Positions 1 through 11,729 of a DNA stretch of 64,000 nt are shown here, piece by piece (within the stretch, counting starts at the first letter, position 1; the number at the start of each line of letters is the position of its first letter). Source of the DNA: Podarcis filfolensis (Eukaryota); NCBI GenBank assembly GCA_964270895.1, contig OZ185436.1, one strand, 5' to 3'. A program made the translations under genes and the position numbers. A model generated the notes under the pieces. It had not been told where the DNA came from, did not search any database, and worked only from the letters and a program-made list of their open reading frames with translations.

Positions 1-434
1 ATGTGTCAGAACTGGCCTGCTGTTTCAACTACATTTGCTTGCTTTTTATCTTCCTTCAAAGGTGCTGTTTTCATATATAGAGAAGAGGTTTTAAAAATGT
101 GTTTGGGGTTGTTGGTGGTCTTGGGTTTTTTGGTTTTTTTTTGTTTTTTGTTTTTTGCTAATGACACTTGCTCTAGAAACAAACACTTAACCTCTGGAAA
201 GCTTTATGTAGAATACCTCATGATCCTTTCAAAATATGCTGGTTGTTATTTGTAACTTGTTTACTTCAAGGTGCTCAGGAGCTAACTCCTCAGACATTCT
301 CTATTCCTCCTCCCCAGCTCCAACAGAAAGCCTTTGTCCTTCAAGGCTCTGCCCCTCTAGCCTCTTCATATGGTAATGATTGGAATAACGAACCTGGCGG
401 GTGGGTGAAAGAAATACAGTGGACCAGGGTCACG

Positions 435-692
435 CTTGGATAGATGATAAGACAGACACCTGAGGATACAGTATTATTTCCTAGATACTTGCTGGGTTTC
501 CTGGTTCTTGCTTATTGGAAGGTGTGGAGATGGGGAGCATTATGTTCAGTCTCTCTAGGGGCGTATTCCACTCCCCACCCCCATTTTCCTCTGGAGAATA
601 AACTCTGTGCTTCTCAGCCTGAGACTTGGTGTGTGGACTGTGTGTTTATTACCTGTGTTCCTTGCTCAGAGAGGCCAGAACATGATAACTTC
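435..692 (+). repeat. Unclassified ~250-bp repeat, copy 1 (inverted partner at 6281-6521)
   Basis: Aligns by eye, at roughly 75-80% identity, with the reverse complement of 6281-6521, including AATAAA..GTGTGTGGA(C/T)TGTGTGTTTATTAC. Confidence 0.75.
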
Positions 693-703
693 TCTCAAGG
701 ACG

Positions 704-747
<44 letters not shown>
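704..747. repeat. Compound microsatellite (GT)n(GA)n
   Basis: Directly visible. Confidence 0.95.
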
Positions 748-751
<4 letters not shown>

Positions 752-3700
752 TTTATTTGTGAAAGTGGGGAGGCATGGATGTTCCACTTAAAATGAAAAA
801 ATGGTCAGCCTGCCAAGACCACACATAACGCAGAGCAATACTTCTGTCAACTTCTGATAATTTGAATGGGCAATAGATGCAGCAAGATTAGTACGCTTAA
901 TTATCTCTTTTAATGTGTGTGGATATAGATATGCTGTATGCATACTTTTTCATTTCACCTGATGAAGATCTCTGTGTAATTGGTAACTTTTAAAAATACT
1001 CCCAATAGAGACTGCCTCCTCACTTACTGTATATTTTTTAAAGACACAAGTCTTTGGGGAAGTCTGAAGGCCTAACAAGGGACAGGATCCTGAATAATAC
1101 TTCTGAGTAGATCCATTCAAATAATGAACTACAGTTACTTCAGTCCGTTGATTAGCCTGCAACTGCTTTCTGATGGTGGAAGTTGTTTTCTTAAAAGTGG
1201 AGGAATTATAATCAGTATTGCTTTTCAGTGGAACTGCTTGAAAAACATTTATTCTTAACCAACTCTCTCTGCCTGCTGCTGATATTGCTGCTCCTGCGTA
1301 CATCTGGCCCAGGGTTCCATAACTTCACCAGGAGAACTGTGATCCTGCAGAACTGTTGCAACCATACACAGAAAAAACATAAGAGATACATTTCTGTGTG
1401 CATAATTACTGTTTGTGCACACAGTTATTGGTGCCAGAATCCCAAAAAACTGCTGATCTTAAGCAGGAGATGCTGAACTTTTCCCTGTCTGGGTTTAAAC
1501 ATGCTATACAAGATGTTCCACCAGAGGGAGGGCTTACATAATTTTGAAGGTCCAGTACCTTATTGATAAATTGCTGTAATGCTGCGATTCTAAACACACT
1601 TAACTATGGCTCACTTCTGAGTGAGCATGCTAAAGATTGTGCAACATAAGCCTCAGTCCAGTCCCTGAAGATATTGCAGGGTTTGTGGGTTTGTTTGTTT
1701 TCTTGCCAGGGTATGGTTTGGGAAGAGTTGTGTGCTCCTAAATCTGTCATTTTTCTAAATAATTGAAAGTAACCTTTTTTTACATTCCTTCTGCCATGGA
1801 TGGAGCCTCTGCTCCTGCAGTCGCTTATTTTTCTTATTCTTATTTGGAGTCATCAGTGCTTGTTTTTCTAAAAAAATATTTTGCTGTACTCTTACTTTCC
1901 TACTCATATTGAAATACTGCCCCTCAATGAGGCCAAATCTAGATTCACAAAATGTTTAGGGGTATGTGTACCCCTGCATCCCGCCAGAAAAAAGCACTGG
2001 GAGTCATTATGCATAAATGACATTTTTTTCCCTTTGAATAATCAGTACTGGCAATACAAATAGAGGAATATGGTTGCTTAGGTTTGAACATACCATGCAT
2101 CTGATTTGTGTTTTTTTCCCCTGCCTGAAGCCATAGCTAATATAATTTTCACCAGACCTTTAATGTTTATATTTACATCTTGCTTTACTTTTATGATTTT
2201 CATTTTGAAACCTGTGGGGCTTGCACCATCCTTGCACCACAAGTGTCAGATTACTGTGCAACATGACCGGAATTCAAACATGGTTTAATGATGTCAACAA
2301 GCACAGCAGACCTAGAAGCTTACAAAGAAGCTTCTTGCATAAAAGTTTGGAAAAAAATAGCACAGAATGAGTTCTCTTCAGCCTTTCAGTTGGAGTAATG
2401 TATAATGCATGTGCGAGTAAGTGAGTGAATGATGGGGAGAGGATGAAAATCAGGGTATGCTTTAGAGCAGGTTTGCATACCTGATGTACAAAAGAATTTA
2501 TGGTGCGCATGTGTGTAGACAGAGCAGAGTGTATTGTATATCTAATTTATGTAAGAAGAGGAGCGAGTTTTGGTGGAGAGGTATATATGCAAAATGGCAG
2601 GGATAGAGAACCTGTGGACCGTCTGGTGTTGGGCTACACCTTCCCATCATCCCTTCTCACTGTGCAGGTTGGGCGAGTTGGAGTCCAACAACATCTAGAG
2701 GGCCATAGAATAATAAAATTGTAGAGCTGGAAGGGTCCCCAAGGGTCATCTAGTGCAACCTACGGCTATGCAGGAATCTCAGCATGTATATATTGAACAT
2801 TTCCTATACCTGCCTATGGGGTGGGTCATTGTACAAGAGGAGATGCTATATCTGACACCTTTATCCTTTGGGGGGCCTGTTATCCATTTTCCCTCTCATT
2901 TTGCTCATGGATAAGCTAACACTTCTACATCTGGGTAGGCAACCATTTTCTGTGATGGAGTCTTTAAAGAGGTAAATAGAAGCAGCTTACTTTCCTCAGT
3001 TGTCAGTGTTACTGAAGTGTGTCCTGTCAGAACTCCCAAGGTTCTGGATTGCTGTTTCGTTTTTTAAAATGCCACACAGTTCAGTGAAAGCACTTGGCAA
3101 GGTCTGTTCTGTACATAAAGGAAGCCACATTTTTAAAGGCCTTCTAAGCACCTTCCCCATGCCTGTCGCATCTGCCCAACCCAATTTTAACTGATGTTCA
3201 ACTTTTCCTGCTGCAACTTTGCTATCTCCTCGGTCTTGGTGTGCGATACGTTTTATGGATGGTCCTTGGATTGCTTGTCTGTGGGAAATGGCTGCTCATT
3301 AGCAGTTCAACAAACAGATCACCAAACAGTTGTACAATCAGGTGAAACACGAGGTAAAAGTTACAACAGGAAAAGAAGAGAGGATAAGATTTGAGACCCA
3401 AGTTTTTCTGCTCTATACCCTAATAAGGGAAAGGGGGAAGTTGGTTTTATTTGAGCTTGTTCAAAGTTTCCCATTTATAATAATTGGTGTCTGATCTGCA
3501 GGGGAGGAATGGTCAGCGGTGTTTAGGTACCCTGACACCACATCTGTAAAGGGGTGTGATGAATGTGTATAATAGAGTGATACCCCAACTTGTGAGTGCC
3601 TGGCCCTGGAAGGCAAACCTCTTAAGAGAGCCATTCTTCTTAACCTCCTTATGATACGGTGTATTCCTGAAGTTTGTATACCCAAGAGGACGTCCAGCTG

Positions 3701-4496
3701 CCACAAAGGAGAGAGAAATGGCCTTGTAGATTTTGCTCACTGCACTGAAGCTCCTGTCGCGGTTATGGCCTCCATTTCTGTGGCATGAGGCCTAGAGTGG
3801 GTAGTATTTGCACTAGGCCCACAGTGTGCGATCGCAGTCTGAATCCAGCCTTGAAAGTGAATGACCCAAGCATGAAGAATATCCCAAGCACCTACCTTTG
3901 TGATGAGGAAAGCCTCTGTTTGCTGCGGGACAAATACGGTACCATATTCGTCATGTACATTGGGCCACCTTGTCCCTTCTTCATAATGCCTAGCAGCTGC
4001 TGAGCAAAGGGCAGTAGTTCTTCCAGTTCAAGGGCAAAGTCCTCTTTTCCACCCAACTGTGGGTATGGCTGGAGGAGGAGCTACCCCACAAGGAATGCTG
4101 ATCCGTACACATTGCCTTGAGGAGCAGTTTGTGCCCTGAAGCTGCAGATTTGCTGAGCGGCTCTTTTCTCTGAAGGCTACTGGTTGCATCCTCAGTAATT
4201 GCAAGGGCTGAATATAGTTGGTCTCTCCATTTCACAGGACGTTGCTGTTGCGAGGGGCTTGCTCCCAAAGAAGAGTACTTTGAGGCAAGACATGGTTCTC
4301 CAAGATTCTTTCTGTGCTATTTTTCTATAAAAAAAGGTTTCACCATGATCGCCTCCCTTGTTCTCTTACAATGGCAATGGCGCCCACCTGACAGGTGCCA
4401 GAACTGAATTCCGGAAAGTTCTGGCTGAAAAAAAAGCCCTGTTCTTTCTCCACCTGCACACATGGAGCTGTTTCCCTAACCCATATGGTCCTTTTA

Positions 4497-4738
4497 CAGT
4501 GGTACCTCGGGTTAATAACTTAATTTATTCTGGAGGTCTGTTCTTAACCTGAAACTGTTCTTAACCTGAAGCACCACTTTAGCTAATGGGGCCTCCTGCT
4601 GCTGCCGCACCACCAGAGCACAATTTCTGTTCTCAACCTGAAGCAAAGTTCTTAACCCGAGGTAATATTTCTGGGTTAGTGGAGTCTGTAATCTGAAGCA
4701 TATGTAACCTGAAGTGTATGTAACCCGAGGTACCACTG
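4497..4738 (+). mobile_element. Tc1/mariner (pogo/Tigger-like) MITE, family A
   Basis: TIRs CAGTGGTACCTCGG...CCGAGGTACCACTG with TA at both sides; no ORF. Confidence 0.9.
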
Positions 4739-5867
4739 TATAGTCCTTGTAAATGGTGTGGGGAACCTCAGGCCCAGGGACCCAGTGCACTCAGTCGGGC
4801 CTATCTAGCCTTCAAATGCCTGCTGTGGCCACACGCCACACTGACTCTTGCTTCACACCCTGAGTTTTTGCCAGGCTGGAATGTATCCTCTTGTCTGGGT
4901 GAAGGATAGGTGGCATAGATGTCCACTTTCCCTTTTTAAGCGGAATTCCCTTATTCTGAATAGGATTCCTCACAAGAAAAGGGAAAAGTTGACAGCTGGA
5001 GAAAGTAGCCCACTATACAAAGTTGAAATGTGCATACGTCCTTCCAACCATATTTGCCTCTGGATACGCCCAGCACTGGCATGTGGTCCTCAGAAGATTT
5101 AGAAGATAATGTGGCTCTCAGGCTGAAAAAGGTTCCCTGACTCGTTTGTGTATGTCATAATAAGCTTTGTAGGGGTAGAAACTTTGTTCATCTGGAATAG
5201 AAAGATTGCTAGAATGATGATGGATCAATCTAGAATTCTGTGGGTACTTTTCCACTTTGGCATTAGCTCTCATGCCTGCCTGTGGCATTAGCTTTCATGT
5301 CTGCTTGCAGCTATTAAACCATTTATGTATGGCTTCTCAGTTACTTCCACAAACACTCCATACGCTTGCTGGAACTTAGGTCAAGGTGACATGGCATGAC
5401 ACCCTATTCCATATTTACTTCTGAATGAGCACAAGTGGAATAGTTCTGGGAGGTGGGGAGAGGACTGTCACATACTTTCTTATGTCTGAATGGGGGCTGC
5501 TGATTTTGGACTATTGATATACATTGTTGCTGATGGGTGATTATAATGGTCCATTGCAGAAACAACTAATGAATACCTGACAGCATGAGCACACTAGGGT
5601 TGTCCTAGGAATGTTTAATGGCTTAAGCATCTGTGGTTTTTAAAATCAGTTTATTACATTTTTAAATAATTTGCTTATAAACCTAACTGTACAGGTGTCT
5701 ATATTATAACAATTCAATTCAATACATGTATGTAATACAACAAATTATTATACAGTATAGGTGTGTTTTGAGATACTGGAGGAAGCATAACATAACTTAC
5801 AATGTGGTTTAAAAAGGCGGGGGGGACGACGACCATCTTTTCCTTTCTCATTCCCTATTGTAAAGTA

Positions 5868-6092
5868 CAGTGGTACCTTGGGTTAAGAACTTAATTCATT
5901 CCGGAGGTCCATTCTTAACCTGAAACTGTTCTCAACCTGAAGCAACACTTTAGCTAATTGGGCCTCCTGCTGCTGCATGCCGCCGGAGCACAATTTCTGT
6001 TCTCATCCTGAAGCAAAGTTCTTAACCCGAGGTGCTATTTCTGGGTTAGCGGAGTCTGTAACCTGAAGCGTCTATAACCCGAGATACCACTG
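5868..6092 (+). mobile_element. MITE family A
   Basis: Same TIRs and interior as the 4497 copy; TA-flanked. Confidence 0.9.
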
Positions 6093-6280
6093 TACACCAG
6101 AACCAGCAATGACTAAAATAATAATAATTTGTGAGTGCTGTGTGCCCTTTACCATTTGCCCCATCGATTAAGCAGCAATGGCTGCAATCCTTAGCACACT
6201 TTCAGGGCTGAACTAAATGGGATGAGAAATGTTGTGGCTCTTCCTGCCCTTCTGATATAATGACAACATTGTGAATGGAA

Positions 6281-6521
6281 AGAAGTTCCCATGCGCTAGC
6301 CTCTCTGAACAAGGAATGCATGTAATAAACACACAATCCACACACCAAATCTCAGGTTGAGAAGCACAGGATTTATTTTCCAGAGGACAGGAAGAAAATC
6401 TGCCTAGAGAGACTGAGCATATGCTTCCCATCTCAACGCATCTGAACAAGTAGGAACTAGGAAACACAGCAAGTGTGTAGGAAAGAATATTGTGTCCTTG
6501 GGTGTCTTATCACAATCCAAG
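6281..6521 (-). repeat. Unclassified ~250-bp repeat, copy 2
   Basis: Reverse complement matches 435-692. Confidence 0.75.
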
Positions 6522-7037
6522 AAATATGAGCATGCAATAAGGGGAATGGTTTTGAGAAGGCAATCTGTTGCCCCACCTGCTGAGAGAAAGATACTGGGAC
6601 TTTCCTTCACAGGTAGAGAGTAAAGGGTAAAGGGGGTTCTTATCCTTTCCCCTTCCTGCTTAACTCTCAGTGCCTGAAGGGTGTTTGGTTACTTAACAAA
6701 CAAACAAACAAACAAACAAAAAACAGTCAAAGGAAAAAGAAACACAGCCACATGTGTGATGTAGCCTTCAGCCATAAGATTATTTTGCCAAAGCATAGGC
6801 TCAGACTGTGCACATTTTGTTGAATTTTTAAAAAACACATTAAATTTAAATGACATTTTAAAAGTTTTAAATAATTTGTTTTTATTATTTTCATGAATAA
6901 ATATAACCAGAACAATTTCTATTCAGTGTACGTTAGAAGTGTGACATGTCAGAATGCAGTTTGTTGTTTACTATTACATCTGTGGATTCTGTATGTTTAA
7001 CAAGCACAAATACCAGTTTTACTCAGGTATAGGTGTA

Positions 7038-7260
7038 CAGTGGTACCTCGGGTTACATATGCTTCAGGTTACAGACTCCGCCAACCCAGAAATAGCACCT
7101 CAGGTTAAGAACTTTGCTTCAGGATGAGAACAGAAATTGTGCTCCGGTGCGGCGGCAGCGGGAGGCCCCATTAGCTAAAGTGGTGCTTCAGGTTAAGAAC
7201 AGTTTCAGGTTAAGTACGGACCTCTGGAACGAATTAAGTACTTAACCTGAGGCACCACTG
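7038..7260 (-). mobile_element. MITE family A (opposite orientation)
   Basis: Same TIRs, interior reverse-complemented, TA-flanked. Confidence 0.9.
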
Positions 7261-9885
7261 TATCTCTCCCCAAAAGATGATTGTTACTTTGGTGGTTGTA
7301 AACTTTGCACCCCTTTATCTACATTATGAGTTTTCAAAAGGGTTTTAAAACAAATAATCTATTTAAACGTTCACCCAACAATCTTGTTCTTCCTAGGCCC
7401 TATACCCTTGGCCTAGAAAGAAGGAATGTGTGAAAAGTGAAAGGAAAGAGAAATAAAAAGGCAGAAGAGAATGACTTAGCTAACATAATGGATTATATAC
7501 CCAGAACTATCACTAGATAGAACCTGCATCAGCAGTAAGGCTGATTCATAATTTCAAAGATTGAATTGCCAGTACCAAATTACATTTCAAAGAATTACAG
7601 AGCAACCGACAACCTAGACTGGAATTTCTTGAGTGCTTAATTTCACTTAAAGGCACTCCATTTCCACTCTTTATTTGTAATAATATCTTCAAACCCAAGT
7701 GTCTGGAGCAACAATTCAGCATCCAGAATGCGGAGACCCTGCACACAAATGGCTTTTCTTTTTGGCGCTAGCTGTTAGAGTAATGTCTGATATGGGTCAG
7801 AGCTTCTTTTGTACCATCTACCCTTCAATCCTCCTCTTCCTGCTCCTCCTTTAATCTGGCCATCGGATCTCATCAGGCTTTTCAGTACCACCATCATTTA
7901 ACACATCTCCTGCTCCTCACAGGATTACAGACTCAGCACATTTAGGCAGACAACTTTATTGCTAAAACTCTGTGGGTGGGAAAAGGGAAGTGTCAGCAAG
8001 CTGCTGCATTGTGTCAAGCATTGTGTAAGGTGGTCTTTTCTTAAAGAATCAGGTTCAGCTTCCTCTCACTTTTGCATGAGATCTTGTATCAATAGAGTGT
8101 GCGTGTGAAAGAAAAAGGGGGGTGCCTTGTCTCCTGTTGGAACTCCGGAGGGGAAAACGGATCTGGCTCAGGCTTTTCTCCATTGCTACAGTAGTTTATG
8201 CAGTGCCTCATCTCTGGGCTTGGAGCATGCCGCAGCATTCCTGTCCCAGGCACCTAAGCAAGAAACAGCTGTGAGCGCTGCTTCCCTACATCAGCACTTT
8301 CAGTCCAGACCTCGCTGCTCCCTGCAATTTCCGCAGTTTTGAGAAAGTGTAGACACAGCAAAGACTGAACAGAAGCGTGGGGAGGGGGAGCATTCCTAAG
8401 GGAGGGGGGGACAGCATTGCAGAGTGGACATTAGAAACATGGGCTGAGATTTGGGGCTGGCTGCGCAGGAAGGTGAAGAGAGGAAAGGAAGAAATGTGCT
8501 CAGTGTTCATCCTCCCCAGCTCCATCTTTCTCTCTCATGCAGTATGTAAAACAGTGCAATTAGATAACAATTACCAATTCAATTCCTACAGCAGGTGCCA
8601 ATTGACACCTGCATCAGACAGTGGGTTTCTAGTGTTTCCAAACAGAAGCCAAAAGCCAGCGGAGCTTTTATTTCTGGAGCACACTTGCCCTGCTGCTTTT
8701 CCCGCATGTAGATAAACGGTGCATGCTGCTCAATGAGAAGACCGGTCCTAATCCAGCTCAGGCAATTCTGGAGAAATGATGTGTTTGCCAGGAGTCCTGC
8801 CCGTGGCTGAGCATGTATCACTGGGTCTCTGTGTATTTTGGGATATGAGGGCTTGTCTTCAGTCAGCTAGCTTCTGGGCAAGTGAACCAAAATGCCTTAT
8901 GACAGTTCAGGCAAGCACCTGCAGGCTGAAAGGCCCCTGCTGCACAATCATCTTCTGGCTCTGAGCAAACTTTATATATCAGCAGTAAATCTGGAGCTGG
9001 AGGGGTCTTTTAACAGGGGTTAGTTGCAGAGCAGCTGGGTGGATGATCTCTTCACTCATGAGGCAAGCGCTGCTGGGCAAAATACAATGATGGGCAGAAT
9101 TGGTTTGGAAAACTTTCCAGTAAGCAAGTCTCCCTGGCTTGAGAAAATCAATTGCAAAAGTGCTGGCTCAGGCACACTCCTTGTGGTAAAGTTGCGGAAC
9201 AGGTACAGTACCAACTACGAGCAAGAGAATAAGAAATGCCAGTCATCCTACAAGGTGTCTAGAAGGGCATTCTAATCCTTACAGATCTGGATGGGTCAGC
9301 CACAGAATAGCTGCTTTGGAAACTTAAATACTAAAGAACCCTTTGGCAAAAAGAATCCCCCACTGGACAGCTTTTCAAACAGCAACTCTGTCTCCTCACT
9401 TTTTTATCCCTATGCCAGCCAGTCTGCACATCACCAATTTATATATGGAGCAGTGACCAGTATACTTTTTTTAGAAGCAAGGCTTAATGAGAGCCAAGGC
9501 TGAGACCCACAGTCTACCTGGCTCTATCCTGGAACATGCAGAATATTGGAGAGCAGTGCCTCTAAAAATATGCCAAATTGCTCCCCCTCACTCCTGAATA
9601 ATCACAGCATCTTAAGGGCAGGGAGTAATACTTTCATGTATCTCTTTCTGAATAAATTAACAAAGGTTCATAGAATGGTTATACCAAATCTATCTAGGCG
9701 AGGGGGATGTCAGTGTTTTCTTCAGTTAAAAATATATTTCTGTGCTGAAGATGCATTTTAAAAAAACATCAATTCAGTGTGCCTGCCTGATGCAGCCTTC
9801 CCTCAGAATCTGACCATCTCCATGCCAGTAAGGGAAATGGAAGGCAAAAATATGTTGCTAATATCAGCTGGAGGACTTGACATTG

Positions 9886-11550
9886 GTCAATGCAACACCT
9901 TTTATAAAAGGTATCCAGAGAGGAGCTGAGAAAGTACAGTTTGGTTAACATAACATCTATTCTTGGAAAACTAGTGGAAAGCATTATTAAAGAATGTCCA
10001 AGGATGAAGAACAAGCCTCAATGAAACAGAACCAATATGGCTTCTGTAAAGGTAAGCCCTTTCACTAAACCTTTAGAGGGGTTTTTTTGAGAGTCAGCAA
10101 CCATAAAATAGGGGTAATTCAGTTGACATGTGGAAAGTCCCACAGCAAAGACTCCTGAATAAGCTTAGCAGTCATGGAATAAGAGGACGGGTCATTTTAT
10201 GGATCAGTGCTTAAGGAACAGGAAGCTGAGAGTAGAATAAAAGGGCAGTTCTCCCAGTGGAGGAATATGGGAAATGAGTCTCCCGGGATGTGGTATGGGA
10301 CCCTTGCTTTATAGCTTGTTCATAAACAACCAGAAGTTAGAGGTGAGAGCACTGAGTTTGCCAGGTTTGCTGATGATAGCAGACTGTTCTGGGTGGTTAA
10401 AATAAAAGGATTTTCAATGAGTTAAAAAGGGATCGTTCCAAATAGAGAAGACTGGGCATTAAAATGCCAAATGCAGTTCAATGTAAGCAAGTATAAATGA
10501 TGCACATTGGCTTCATGGAAGTGCTGCTGGGGTCTGAACTGATGGTGACTGACAAAAGAGTAAGACCTTGGGGTTGTGGTGAATAGCTCAAAATGTTAAC
10601 CCAGTGTGTAGCAGCTGTGAAAAAGGCAAGTTCCGTCTTGAGGATAATAAGGAAAGGGGTTGAAATCCAACAACATAATAATTATATTACAGTGGTACCT
10701 CGGGTTAAGAACTTAATTCATTCTGGAGGTCCATTCTTAACCTGAAACTGTTCTTAACCTGAAGCACCACTTTAGCTAATGGGACCTCCTGCTGCCGCCG
10801 CTCGATTTCTGTTCTCATCCTGAAGCAAAGTTCTTAACCCGAGGTACTATTTCTGGGTTAGCGGAGTCTGTAACCTGAAGCGTCTGTAACCTGAAATGTC
10901 TGTAACCCAAGGTACCGCTGTATACTAATCTTTCATGTGGCCGCACTTGGAATGTTGCGTACAGTTCTGGTTGCCTCACCTCAAGGGATATTGTAGAACT
11001 GGAACAGTTCAGGAAAGGGCAACCAAAATGATCAACCATCTTGAGCAACCCTCCTATAAGGGAAGGCTACCACAAATTGAGCTTTATGGTTGAGAAAACA
11101 AGACATCATAGATATGTGCAAACCCCATGTCTGCTGTGGAGAAAGTGGACAGTGAGAAGTTTGTCTTCCACATTCAACTATAACTTGGGGCCATCCATTG
11201 AAGCTGAATGTTGGAAGATGCAGGACTGACAAAAGCACAAAGTGCATTTAAGTTGCTTCCACAAGATTCTAGTGGTGCCACCGACAGTGGATGACTTTAA
11301 AAAAGGTTTAGGCAAATTCATTGAGAATAGGGCTGCCAATGGCCACTAAGAATGGTGGCCACATTCTAGCTCTACGGTTGGAGGCAGAATACCTCTGAAT
11401 ACCAGTTGCTGTGAATCACAAATGAGGAGACTGTTATTGCGCTAGGGTCTTGCTCGTGGGCCCTCTAGAGGCATCCAGTTGACCACTATATGAGGACAGG
11501 ATGCTAGACTGGATGGGTCATTTGTCTGCTCCATCAGAGCTCCTCTTACA
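9886..11550 (+). mobile_element. Decayed CR1 LINE (RT region and 3' end), interrupted by a MITE
   Basis: Remnants of CR1 RT motifs (cttagcagtcatggaataagagg, tttgctgatgatagc = FADD-like, ttcaatgtaagcaagt, gcaaccaaaatgatc). Many frameshifts; boundaries approximate. Confidence 0.8.
10690..10920 (+). mobile_element. MITE family A nested in CR1
   Basis: TIRs and TA duplication; CR1-like sequence is present on both sides. Confidence 0.9.
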
Positions 11551-11729
11551 TTAGGATCCGTGGTTAGCAAACTTTTAATCTGTGAACCAGGGCTAGGGTG
11601 TGCTCTCTGCCACACAAAGGCATGCATGCCTACACGACATGCACATGGTGCCCTGGGTTTCCCACACAGCTCTTCTGCTGCCCCCTCTCAAGAGTTTCTT
11701 CTCCAAGGAGGCAACAGAAGAAGGAAGGC

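Noticed and set aside
1-9800. PYCR1 or MYADML2 exons expected from human synteny
   Set aside because: No matching peptide found in any frame; the first ~300 nt look UTR-like but cannot be assigned.
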